A model generated the notes under the pieces. That model did not search any database, was not told the origin of the DNA, and saw only the letters and a program-made list of their open reading frames with translations. A program made the translations under genes and the position numbers. From Fibrobacterales bacterium (GTDB lineage Bacteria > Fibrobacterota > Fibrobacteria > Fibrobacterales > JAOPTW01), in assembly GCA_051532055.1 (NCBI GenBank), contig JAOPTX010000042.1, forward strand, positions 1 through 53,727: a DNA stretch of 53,727 nt, read 5' to 3'. Positions 1-9,683 of this stretch are shown here, piece after piece. Position 1 is the first letter of the stretch, and every line of letters starts with the position of its first letter.

Positions 1-2
1 TT

Positions 3-599
3 GGTAATCCGTCAGATTTAGGCGCACAGCCTAGTTATAGTACCACTGGTGGTGGTTGGATTAAAGATGGACATTTTAATGCTGAAACTGCAGGGATCTA
101 CACTTTGACTATGAGTGTTGGTTCGGTGTCAGGAACTGCAACAGTTACTGTTGTTGAAGCTGGAACAGACCTCGTATCTAATGGAGATTTCAACAATGGT
201 ACAACCAACTGGTTAATTGATGGATACAATGGTGCATCTGTGAGTGGCTATGTAAACAATGGCGAATACACTGCTGCTATTAGTAATGGTGGAACTAAAG
301 CATGGACTATTCAGATGAAACAAAATGCTATTTCGCTCGTTCAAGGAAGACAATACACCATCCGTTTTGATGCACGTGCAGCGTCTAATCGTACTGTGGA
401 TGTTAAACTTGAAACTGATGGGTCACCATGGGATAACTATGGTAATCTTTCACCGACAGCTATAACTACAACAATGGCTACCTATGAACACACCTTCACT
501 ATGAATACTACTGATTTGAATGCACGACTGGTGCTCAATCTTGGTGGTAACAGTGCGGATGTGGTATTCGACAATATCGAGGTTATTGAAGTTCCTTAA
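3..599 (+). CDS. 3' end of a large secreted protein (Big-2-like repeat followed by C-terminal CBM4/9 domain); 5' part lies outside the window
   Basis: Frame is open from position 3 (GNPSDLGAQPSYSTTGGG...). 'LVSNGDFNNGTTNW...WTIQMKQ...Y TIRFDARA...DVVFDNIEV' is CBM4_9-like and very similar to the CBM4 domains of 31923..39497 (ETDGSPW.NY). Confidence 0.8.
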   Translation, partial: GNPSDLGAQPSYSTTGGGWIKDGHFNAETAGIYTLTMSVGSVSGTATVTVVEAGTDLVSNGDFNNGTTNWLIDGYNGASVSGYVNNGEYTAAISNGGTKAWTIQMKQNAISLVQGRQYTIRFDARAASNRTVDVKLETDGSPWDNYGNLSPTAITTTMATYEHTFTMNTTDLNARLVLNLGGNSADVVFDNIEVIEVP

Positions 600-626
600 A
601 TAATGGAATACACCGCAGATATCATT

Positions 627-656
627 AAGGCTCGCTTCACTTGGCGAGCCTTTTTT
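627..656 (+). terminator. Rho-independent terminator
   Basis: AAGGCTCGC / GCGAGCCTT stem followed by a T-run, just after the stop at 599. Confidence 0.85.
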
Positions 657-840
657 CATTTACAATAATGAGATGAACAACCTGGCGATAGCTACGGATT
701 GTAACCCTCCCATAAAACTATCGATGTTATAAATAGGATATTCTTATTATTCCCTCAGTTGAAATGGGGGTAATTACACTAAAGAATGATAATGGCGTCC
801 GCTTACTGCTAGTAACCATTAACTAAACTGTACTCCTTTA

Positions 841-848
841 TATCTTTG
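841..848 (+). promoter_or_regulatory. TAnnTTTG (-7-type) promoter element
   Basis: TATCTTTG just upstream of the 864/876 start; the same motif recurs upstream of several other genes in the window. Confidence 0.4.
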
Positions 849-863
849 TGAAGAACCCCTAAT

Positions 864-1385
864 GTGAATATAATAATGCGTAACATAACAGTAAAATCAA
901 CAGTACAGAGAATATGCTTGATACTACTCTCTGTACTGTGTGTTCAGTGTGGATATATGCTGGGTCTAGAAAACGACGGAAGAGCTGAATTGTTATCTGA
1001 CCATGAACTACAAGGTTGTTGGCAGGCAGATAGCTATAGAGATTGGTATGGTACTGGTGAGTGTATTGAGTATTGTTTTTATAAAAGTACCGCTCGACGA
1101 TATAGTAATTCCGTAGATGAGTATGGAGATCACAAAGATACCCTAGATTTTATATATGAAATCAATGTATTTAATAACCTCGGTGAGTTTATACATAATC
1201 TAGTTCTCAACACATTTGATACTGTAAATAATGAAACCATAATTGGGGGTGATCAATTGATTGCAGTAACAACATCTCAAAATTATATTCATTTTGATGG
1301 ATTCCATCATGCCTTAGAAGACAATGCATATTATCCTATAGATTCAATTACCGGGTTAAATAAGGATGGTAATACATGCAGATAA
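864..1385 (+). CDS. Hypothetical exported protein, probable lipoprotein
   Basis: 173-aa ORF with hydrophobic N-terminus ending in LCVQC; lipocalin-like 'LQGCWQ'. The true start may be ATG 876. Confidence 0.65.
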   Translation: MNIIMRNITVKSTVQRICLILLSVLCVQCGYMLGLENDGRAELLSDHELQGCWQADSYRDWYGTGECIEYCFYKSTARRYSNSVDEYGDHKDTLDFIYEINVFNNLGEFIHNLVLNTFDTVNNETIIGGDQLIAVTTSQNYIHFDGFHHALEDNAYYPIDSITGLNKDGNTCR

Positions 1386-1933
1386 AATCTTTTTTTGTAT
1401 TAGTGCTTGTTCTTGTAAGCCTCGGGAGTGCAGGTAATCTATATATCTCTCCAGGTGTTCAGTACACTACCATTACCACTGATCGTATTGTGTATCCACA
1501 GTATGTGCCCGGGGTGAGTTTCAGTGTAGGGTATGAGTTTAAGACTACAGAGCACTACCATTTAGCTCTTAGTTCTCGATATATAAGTTCAGGGTATGGG
1601 TGGAGTAATCATACCGGATCAGTTGAAAGTACAGTCCGCTCTCATGCTATTGGTGCAGGCATTATAAATCGCTGGATTATCAAATCGTTTGATATTGTAT
1701 TTGGTTTAGGGTATATGCAGCTACTCTCATTGAAAGATAATGAAGGGAACCCAATAAAGCATAAAAAGCACGGGATTCAGTCTCACAGTGGCATTGGCTA
1801 TAGACTTTTTTCATGGCTGAGCCTGAGATTACTCTATACTTGGGAAAGCTATTATTTTTATAACAAGAATCCCGGATGGGGCAGAGGATACACCCCCCAT
1901 GGTTTTCGTTTAGAGTGGTGTGTGTACATTTAA
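1376..1933 (+). CDS. Small outer-membrane beta-barrel protein
   Basis: Signal peptide, alternating aromatic/Gly strands (SFSVGYEF, FGLGYM, GIGYRLF) and a C-terminal amphipathic strand; overlaps the upstream stop. Confidence 0.7.
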   Translation: MQIKSFFVLVLVLVSLGSAGNLYISPGVQYTTITTDRIVYPQYVPGVSFSVGYEFKTTEHYHLALSSRYISSGYGWSNHTGSVESTVRSHAIGAGIINRWIIKSFDIVFGLGYMQLLSLKDNEGNPIKHKKHGIQSHSGIGYRLFSWLSLRLLYTWESYYFYNKNPGWGRGYTPHGFRLEWCVYI

Positions 1934-2319
1934 GAACTCTCTTGAGCGTTACAGGGTCCTACTTAGATAATATTGTATGGTGAGCTGATGAGTTCTATAA
2001 TCTGTAAGTAAAGAATAAAGAATATTCAATGTAAAACTTTTGTGCACTGCGAGTTATGTTTGTAAATGAAGGCCTCTATCTCCCGGGTTTGCTGAGAATA
2101 TTGAAAAAGTGATTTCTAAAATATAAACCTTAATTTTGTCAAGACTTATAATTTTGTTGCAATCAATATTTGTTTATCGTTGGTGAACATTACTTAAAGA
2201 GAATTCATACCATTCCTTTTTAACAAGAAATGCATAAAATACATTTGCCAATGTAACGTAATAATTTTTATTACCCATACAGTTATGCTCATTTTCTAAT
2301 CAAATACATAAGGAACACA

Positions 2320-3162
2320 ATGTCAATATTTAAAAACAAGACACTTTTAGGGGTTACAACTTTTAGCGCAGCACTCATGTTTTTTAGTGCATGCACTGAC
2401 TCTCCTCTATCATCAATAAGTACAGATTCTAATGAAAAAGTAGAAACCTCTATTCAAGAAGGTTATACCAAAAATGATAATACACATGCTATTGAAGAGA
2501 TGACAACACCATCTATTGTAAAAAAAGGTACCAGTGAGCAATTACCAGTTATTGGATATGTAGGTAGAAATATTGGTGATCACTCAATAAATATGGATGA
2601 TGAAGACTATAAAAATGCTAGTGAAATGATTTGGAGTAGCGAGGCAAGGTCTGAAGAAACTGCTTTCAGACAAATCGGAGGGTTTTTAGAACAAACAACA
2701 ATAACGTTCAACACCTATGAAGTTTCTGAATTAGAAAGAATAAATCAGGACTATGCAGTCTTATCGGTATCTGGCGATTGTCCAACCAATGGATATAAAT
2801 TTACCCGTTATTTTGACAATCAAGATTATAATAACAAAAACTCAATTTCTGGAGATTTTGAAAACATTTGGCAAACACCAGGAAACACGTATATCTCCTT
2901 TTGTTTAGTTTTAGCTGACCCAGATAGTAGGTCCAAGTCACCATACCATTTTGGTACTAGTAATCTAATTTTGGGAGTTGGTGATGACACAGACTTTGGA
3001 AGGGGCTACATTTATATTGATGACGAAGATTCAAGAAACGCAAACAGATGGGACACTGATCACACCGACCTCCTCCCTCGTATGCAAGAAATCGTATCCG
3101 GTGGTAGAAATACAAAAATACATATCCGCTGCTCAGCTTATCAACCAACTCTAAAAGATTAG
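2320..3162 (+). CDS. Lipoprotein with apextrin C-terminal (ApeC)-like domain
   Basis: AAGGA RBS and lipobox FSAC. Three D-x-(E/Q)-D-x-x-N motifs (MDDEDYKN, FDNQDYNNKN, IDDEDSRNAN), plus GDCP, NTYISFC and RNTKIHIRC segments. Confidence 0.6.
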   Translation: MSIFKNKTLLGVTTFSAALMFFSACTDSPLSSISTDSNEKVETSIQEGYTKNDNTHAIEEMTTPSIVKKGTSEQLPVIGYVGRNIGDHSINMDDEDYKNASEMIWSSEARSEETAFRQIGGFLEQTTITFNTYEVSELERINQDYAVLSVSGDCPTNGYKFTRYFDNQDYNNKNSISGDFENIWQTPGNTYISFCLVLADPDSRSKSPYHFGTSNLILGVGDDTDFGRGYIYIDDEDSRNANRWDTDHTDLLPRMQEIVSGGRNTKIHIRCSAYQPTLKD

Positions 3163-3190
3163 CTAAAAACAAAAGAGACACGCCATATAC

Positions 3191-3233
3191 AAAAAGCAAG
3201 TCGAAACTATTTCCGGAGATAGACTTGCTTTTT
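3191..3233. terminator. Bidirectional terminator between convergent genes
   Basis: AAAAAGCAAGTC ... GACTTGCTTTTT perfect 12-bp inverted repeat. Confidence 0.8.
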
Positions 3234-3357
3234 CGGTTGCTCATATAGGAATGTAACGAGGGGGTTGCTTAGAGGGATGTGAAGCACGTTAGATAATTAC
3301 AGGTCAAATCAAATAGGCTCTCAAACGTCTACCAACTGTATGGTTAATAATGCTCGG

Positions 3358-3939
3358 TTACCATACATTTTTTTGTCCATTCATAAAAACGAGTGACTCT
3401 TCGAGTGCATTATCAAATATAAGGTTATTGAAAAATGGTTGGAGACGAAGGTCTGCACGGGTTTTATTATTACGTGCCCTGTATTGTGGAGCAGTGGCAT
3501 CTATAATGGTGTCCATGAGTGTGTAGCATTTGAATGAACCCAGATAGAGAAAATCAATTCCAGACTCAATGTTCAATGGAGCAATAGGAACAGTGACTGT
3601 CTTTGCTTTGGTGTTATTAGTTGAAGGATATTTAAATGAAATACCTATTATCGTTTTAGAACTCCCAGAAATGATATCAAGGAAATAACCAGAGCTTATG
3701 CCGTGATTTGATGGTTTTATGATAATATTTTTTGTTGCGTTAGGGGTATAGAGGACTGTTGAGTCAGGACTTTGTATATGCGTATAGAGGAGCGCTATTT
3801 CAGCTTGTAATTCGTTCACATGAATAAATTCGCCATAAATAATTGTTTCACTAGCTGAAAGTGTTTCAGTAGAGAGCCTTGTGGTAACCAAAGTGCTACA
3901 TGAACAAAAGAATAAAAAAAGTATCCATTGAAAGCGCAT
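3358..3939 (-). CDS. Hypothetical lipoprotein
   Basis: 193-aa ORF with short signal peptide and Cys (FFCSC); start overlaps the upstream gene's stop. Confidence 0.65.
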   Translation of the reverse strand: MRFQWILFLFFCSCSTLVTTRLSTETLSASETIIYGEFIHVNELQAEIALLYTHIQSPDSTVLYTPNATKNIIIKPSNHGISSGYFLDIISGSSKTIIGISFKYPSTNNTKAKTVTVPIAPLNIESGIDFLYLGSFKCYTLMDTIIDATAPQYRARNNKTRADLRLQPFFNNLIFDNALEESLVFMNGQKNVW

Positions 3940-4703
3940 TAGAACATCTCCAGTCTATAAAAGAGTGAGAGTGAAAGTTTAAAGTATAAATGCCCTGTAG
4001 AGCCTCGGTTGTTTTTTATAGAATTATCTAATGTAGGGTCATTGAAATGAAACGTTCCCAATGTCATACCCAGTTCCGTATTAATAGAGGCTACATTGAA
4101 TAATCGACATTCGTTCCCCAAGGCGATATTGACAATTGGACCATCTTTTAAAAGTGTGATGTCAGAAACTGGCATTTCTGGAGTTGTAGAAATTTTATCA
4201 CTAAATTTTTGGGTACCATAACCAATTTTAAAATAAGGAAATTGTTCTGTTCCATTTTGAAAAAGGATTTGTTTGCCTAGGGAAAAGTATGCAAGAAATT
4301 GATCAATGGTAATTGTATACTTATTGATAGTCTGGGGTGAACCATTAAACAAGTCGTTATTTACACGATATTCAAATTGAGAATATTCTACACCAAGTTT
4401 AAGAAAACGGCCCCAGTGGATATAGAATTCATAACTAATGGGGAACTGCTTTATTTCAGCTATATCTGAAAGGTCAATGTTTACCTTTATTGGTTCAAAC
4501 ATAGCTTCATGAACGGTATTAGCTTCATCCTCATCAGTATTGGGGGGAATTACAACTAGGAACCCAATATTAATACCAAAATCAATTTTTTCTTTTGAAC
4601 GTTCATAACGTTGCCATCGAGACTTAGACTCGTCACCAGTCAGAGTTATTGCCGAAACAGATGTTAAAAATAAAAGTGGCACTATGATAAAAAGTCGGAG
4701 CAT
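3939..4703 (-). CDS. Outer-membrane beta-barrel protein
   Basis: Signal peptide, beta-strand pattern (LKLGVEYS, PYFKIGYG, YFKLSLSLFY) and terminal Phe; TATATTTG element at 4730-4737 on the minus strand. Confidence 0.7.
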   Translation of the reverse strand: MLRLFIIVPLLFLTSVSAITLTGDESKSRWQRYERSKEKIDFGINIGFLVVIPPNTDEDEANTVHEAMFEPIKVNIDLSDIAEIKQFPISYEFYIHWGRFLKLGVEYSQFEYRVNNDLFNGSPQTINKYTITIDQFLAYFSLGKQILFQNGTEQFPYFKIGYGTQKFSDKISTTPEMPVSDITLLKDGPIVNIALGNECRLFNVASINTELGMTLGTFHFNDPTLDNSIKNNRGSTGHLYFKLSLSLFYRLEMF

Positions 4704-4911
4704 ATTACTTGAGGTTTCATTCGTCTCTCCAAATATAATTAAGTTGGTACCTTATAGTGACTGAACCCATATACCAACCAAAGAGATGTCGTTAGCTCGC
4801 CTTGCTTACGATACGTAAGCATAAATCATTTTCTAACATGATAAACAGAGGCCCGTAGGGCCAATTGCTGTTCCAATTTTAATATATTTTAGTCTTTATT
4901 CGAGGGCCTTT

Positions 4912-7900
4912 ATGAATAAAATCTTTAAACTTATGGGACTATATCTAGCTATTGCATGGAGTACCGCAATGGCAGGAACTTTTTCTGGTACAGGGACAAT
5001 CAGTGACCCTTACCAAGTCAAAAACTATACCGATTTACAAAATATAGAATCAGATCTAACAGCTCATTATAGAATCGTTAATGACATTGATGCTTCTGTA
5101 TCTCAGAGTGGTGGCTTTATACCTATTGGAGAGAAGGCTCGTTTTCAGGGTTCTTTAGAGGGTGGTGGCTTTTCTATAACTCATCTCATTATTAAAGGTA
5201 CTGTATCACCGGATTCAATAGGTCTATTCAAACATATAGATACCTCAGGCGTTGTCGATAGTATTCTTCTCCATGTAGAGATAGAGGGTGACTCAATTGT
5301 TGGCGGTATAGCTGCTGTTAATAATGGAACAATATCTAATAGTGTTGTTCATGCTACTATTAAAGGAAATCATACTGTAGGAATTTTTGTTGGAGTCAAT
5401 GATGGGCTTATAACGAACAGTCACAGTAAAGGCATGGTTTTTGGTGCTGATAGTATTGTCGGTGGAATAACGGGAATTAATAAACAAACCATTGAAGAAT
5501 CGGTAAGTTATGCTAAGGTGGATGGGGTCCATAATATTGGAGGGATAGCGGGAATAAATAAAGGTTCTATTGTTCTCACTTCAAGTACTGGATCTGTAGA
5601 TGGACGTGCACAAGTTGGTGGGCTCGTGGGTTGGAATGAAGCTCGTATTAATAAATCATTCAGCAGCGCGACAGTTAAAGGTGGAGGAAATGTTGGGGGA
5701 CTTGTTGGGTTCCAATATAGAGGAACTATTGAAAATTGTTATAGCTCTGGATTTGTTGACGCCAGTTATGCCGGTGGACTTATTGGCACTTTCTATTCTG
5801 GTGTCGTAAAATCAAGTTATACGGTTAGCCGAAGCCGGTATATTGAAATGGGCTGGGCAACTATGGGAGCGGCGCACGGACATGCATATTATGATGTTGA
5901 CAAATGTAAGGTTGAAGGTGTGTATTGGAGTTCAGAAATTGCCTCTTGGGCATGGTACTCAAATACAGGTATATATTGGGATACTATCACAACCGATTTG
6001 TCCAAAGATCAATTTTCTCTCAAGAGTTCTTTTAAAGAATTTGATTTTGACTCAATATGGGTCATGAAAGAAGGCACGGGTTTTCCTGAGCTTCGTGGTT
6101 TAACAAATGCTCCTTTTGGGATTAATGATACCTCATCAGAATTTACAGATAATAGTAGTTTTACAGGGTATCTTTCAAATGATATCATGGCAGATGAGGT
6201 TCCAATAACAGTGTATCAATTAACTGGGTATTCTGAAATACCGGGTTCGAATGATGATATCATGATTCTGTATAGGCCTGGGGTAATATATTCAAATAAT
6301 GATACCGTGTGGGGAGGTGCAGCGTATATTACCAGTCCCTTTGATAATGAGATCACTCTTTCATCCTATGACGATTTGAAAAAAATAGGTAACGACTGGA
6401 AGTACCCTCTCAACGGAAAATACACCCTTACCAATGACATTAATGCACGCGATTCAAAATATGAAAATTCTGGATTAGGGTTTGAGCCAATAGGGTCTTT
6501 TGAAGGTAAGTTTGAAGGCACTTTTGATGGTGCAGGTTACAGAATTTATAATCTGTATATAAATAGACCAACTAAAAGAGGTGTAGGCTTATTTAGTGTG
6601 TTAAGCAGAAATGCAACAATTATGAATATTGGCATCGATGGTGATATTACTGGTAGAAATTCTGTAGGAATCCTTGCAGGCTCCTATAGTACAGAAATTG
6701 GGGATACCATTACTATAAAAAACACTTATACGAACGGTAAAGTAATGGCAAGGGGGCGTACAGATAATGATGGCTATGACGTTGGGAGATTTGTTGGGGA
6801 AACTCCAGTAAGTGGTGTTAAAATACAGGATAGTTATAGTACAGCCCTTCTTATGAAAACTCACGTTAATAATTACAATGAGATGGAGGAGTTCAGTTTT
6901 TCAGCAGGGGAATTGGAGCATACAAGTAGCGATGTACTGCGAAAACTCAGCCCTGTAGTAACTAATGTTTTTGCTCTTAGTTATAACATTATATTTGATA
7001 AGTATTATAGATTTGATAGGACTGATTATTGTTTATATAAATATACTTCTGAAGGGCCTACTAGTATTGAGCTCGAAGATACACTTTCAATAAAAAATCA
7101 TTTAACTAGGGATTCAATTTCCTGGGATCTTGAGCAAGGGTATTTTCCGTCATTAAAAGCGGTTAACGATCCACCCATGGGAGTACCTGATAGATTTGCA
7201 ACCTATCATGTAAATACCGATTTAGAAGACGTTCTTGTGAATGACTATGATGCTGAGAATGATTCGATACATACCGCTCAATTTATGGGTTATTCTTATT
7301 TAAACAGTACTAGAGACTCACTCAGTTTATTGTACCGGCCTGGCTCAGTATTAAAAGAAGGTGATACGTTGTGGGGAGGAATGAGTTATGCTATTGCTCC
7401 TTGGGATACTATGGAGATCAGCTCCTATGAAGATTTAAAAAAGATTGGGAATCATTGGAATTATCCTCTAAATGGAGTGTATAAACTAACTCAGAATATC
7501 AATGCCATCAATTCTAGATATGAGGCAGATGGTAAAGGATTTTTACCAATAGGTAATGCTCAGCTTGACTCTGTTCTTTCTGACACTGTCTCTGGAGCCT
7601 TTATGGGCTCTTTAAATGGTAATGGCCACGTGATCTATAATTTGTATATCAATAGGCCTGATGAAGACCGTGTGGGTTTATTTCGGGATATTAATGGGAT
7701 AGGAGAAGTGAGTAATGTAGGAATCTCAGGGTCTATAACAGGCCGGAACTATGTAGGGGCGCTAGCCGGTGAATCACAACGTCATAGATATTTATTGTCT
7801 AATGTATATAATTCAGCAACGATAACAGGAAAGAAGTATGTGGGTGGTTTGGTGGGTAATTCACAGACACCATCATATAACTCTTATAATACTGGTATTG

Positions 7901-9384
7901 TAAAAGGTAATACTTATGTTGGAGGGTTGTTTGGGGATCCGCCTGGAATTGCTACAAAAAGTTATAGTATTGGTAGGTTGACAGGGGATGATGCTGGTGG
8001 GGTGTTTGGCGATAACTATGGGCCTACAGACCCTCATTCCTATTGGAACATAGCTCTTTCTAAAAGTAATGTGGCACATAGTGGAACCAGCTTGACCTCA
8101 TCTAAAATGAAACAAGAAGGCTCATATGAAAAATGGGATTTTACAGATATTTGGGGAATAAAACAAGACGTTAGTTATCCCTATCTAAGAAATATGGTAA
8201 ATGCACCTATTGCAGTAGAAGATTCATTAGTAATAAAAAAAGAAACTGCTATTACTGTCTTTTTACATAACGATTTTGATTTTACTTTAAATTCTCTACC
8301 TGCTATTATTTCTATCGATTCAATAAAAGGTGCGGGCTCAATTAAAGATGATACTCTTTTTTCCTTTACTGAGAATATAGATAAGGTAACCGCCTCTGTA
8401 ATATACCGAGCAGGTACGATATTGTCTAATGGCGATACTTTATGGGGCAATCAAGCGTTTGCAGAGCTTACGAACCATATCAATGATCGTCCTATAGCTC
8501 ATGATGATAGTTACAGTATGAATGAAGATGATGTACTTGCAATTGAACGTGATTCTTTTTTGGAAAATGATAGTGATGTAGATTTAGACAGTTTGTCTTT
8601 CAAGGTAATTGGAGAACCGAGTAATGGTGAATGCCGTTGGTCATCATGGGGAATATACTATGAGCCATCTCCAGATTGGAATGGTACCGATACTATTATT
8701 TATTCTATATCTGATGGGGAATACTTTGATACGGCACAAGTGGTAGTTACAGTACTCCCTGTTGATGACCCTATACTCATCGGGGAGCTTCCTGCTGAAA
8801 TCGTGTATTACCCAAAAAAGAGTTTGGGTGAGCCAATTTTAACAATTGTTGCTGATGACATAGACCGTGACCCTATTACCTATGACGTCGCAGGTATTGA
8901 TAGGGGGAGTATAAAGATTATCGATAATCAACTCTATTTGGCTGATAGCTATGTACCTCCAGAAAATGGTGATACATTGAATGTAATACTTATTGGGATT
9001 ACTGAGTTTACAAGTGATACTACTGAGGTAACTATTATTATACCGACATCCGATGTTTCTTTGAGTAGTGGCGGTGAAGTGCTTTCAGGTTCTTCTCAAT
9101 CCAAAGATTTGATTGTGGGGGATACTACTGTGCATCTTTCTATTAACAACTCACGCTTAGGGATCTTTTCATATCAGTTGAACAGAAGTGTTTTTTCCAT
9201 AGAGGCTCAAGGTGACTACCACGTAAAAATCTATACAATACTAGGGAATCTAGTTATGGAAGTGTCAGGTACTGGTCCGCGTAACTTTTATAACCGCGAA
9301 ACATTAACAGAGTCGGTATATGTGTTAGTTTTTGAATCAATCACCTCTGGGTATAGTCAGAGACGATTGATATCAGTTAAGTAG
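4912..9384 (+). CDS. Secreted GLUG-repeat (beta-helix-like) surface protein with Big-9/cadherin-like domain and T9SS-like C-terminal domain
   Basis: Signal peptide; 'GTGTISDPYQV', 'F.PIG..F.G.FDG.G..I.NL.I' and many VGGLVG repeats; 'NDRPIAHDDSYSMNED...ENDSDVD' Ig module; C-terminal 'VKIYTILGNLV...VYVLVF...RLISVK'. Confidence 0.8.
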   Translation: MNKIFKLMGLYLAIAWSTAMAGTFSGTGTISDPYQVKNYTDLQNIESDLTAHYRIVNDIDASVSQSGGFIPIGEKARFQGSLEGGGFSITHLIIKGTVSPDSIGLFKHIDTSGVVDSILLHVEIEGDSIVGGIAAVNNGTISNSVVHATIKGNHTVGIFVGVNDGLITNSHSKGMVFGADSIVGGITGINKQTIEESVSYAKVDGVHNIGGIAGINKGSIVLTSSTGSVDGRAQVGGLVGWNEARINKSFSSATVKGGGNVGGLVGFQYRGTIENCYSSGFVDASYAGGLIGTFYSGVVKSSYTVSRSRYIEMGWATMGAAHGHAYYDVDKCKVEGVYWSSEIASWAWYSNTGIYWDTITTDLSKDQFSLKSSFKEFDFDSIWVMKEGTGFPELRGLTNAPFGINDTSSEFTDNSSFTGYLSNDIMADEVPITVYQLTGYSEIPGSNDDIMILYRPGVIYSNNDTVWGGAAYITSPFDNEITLSSYDDLKKIGNDWKYPLNGKYTLTNDINARDSKYENSGLGFEPIGSFEGKFEGTFDGAGYRIYNLYINRPTKRGVGLFSVLSRNATIMNIGIDGDITGRNSVGILAGSYSTEIGDTITIKNTYTNGKVMARGRTDNDGYDVGRFVGETPVSGVKIQDSYSTALLMKTHVNNYNEMEEFSFSAGELEHTSSDVLRKLSPVVTNVFALSYNIIFDKYYRFDRTDYCLYKYTSEGPTSIELEDTLSIKNHLTRDSISWDLEQGYFPSLKAVNDPPMGVPDRFATYHVNTDLEDVLVNDYDAENDSIHTAQFMGYSYLNSTRDSLSLLYRPGSVLKEGDTLWGGMSYAIAPWDTMEISSYEDLKKIGNHWNYPLNGVYKLTQNINAINSRYEADGKGFLPIGNAQLDSVLSDTVSGAFMGSLNGNGHVIYNLYINRPDEDRVGLFRDINGIGEVSNVGISGSITGRNYVGALAGESQRHRYLLSNVYNSATITGKKYVGGLVGNSQTPSYNSYNTGIVKGNTYVGGLFGDPPGIATKSYSIGRLTGDDAGGVFGDNYGPTDPHSYWNIALSKSNVAHSGTSLTSSKMKQEGSYEKWDFTDIWGIKQDVSYPYLRNMVNAPIAVEDSLVIKKETAITVFLHNDFDFTLNSLPAIISIDSIKGAGSIKDDTLFSFTENIDKVTASVIYRAGTILSNGDTLWGNQAFAELTNHINDRPIAHDDSYSMNEDDVLAIERDSFLENDSDVDLDSLSFKVIGEPSNGECRWSSWGIYYEPSPDWNGTDTIIYSISDGEYFDTAQVVVTVLPVDDPILIGELPAEIVYYPKKSLGEPILTIVADDIDRDPITYDVAGIDRGSIKIIDNQLYLADSYVPPENGDTLNVILIGITEFTSDTTEVTIIIPTSDVSLSSGGEVLSGSSQSKDLIVGDTTVHLSINNSRLGIFSYQLNRSVFSIEAQGDYHVKIYTILGNLVMEVSGTGPRNFYNRETLTESVYVLVFESITSGYSQRRLISVK

Positions 9385-9683
9385 GTGGAGGGGGCTCGGG
9401 CTTATGCCGCGCGCCTCAGCCCTAATAGTTAGCAAGTATAACCAATAACAAACCCCTGTAATAATGCGTGGCATCAATTTTACTCATTGGTTATTTTGAC
9501 CTGAGAAAAAGTACTATAACCATGGGTTATTGCTGTTCTCGACCCGTTCTCCAGGGTAAATGAATGTAAATAGGAACTCCTCTTCAAGTTATCACCACAA
9601 TTACAGTATATATTATCTCTATAGAAATAGGGCAAAGTTCTTAGGACTAAAATCTGTATTATTTACGTTTAGGGGGGGGAGTT

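Noticed and set aside
4803..4821. TGCTTACG-ata-CGTAAGCA inverted repeat (also ATCGAC-gtaa-GTCGAT at 11421-11436)
   Set aside because: Single short occurrences with no second copy or assignable regulator; could be operators but are unsupported.
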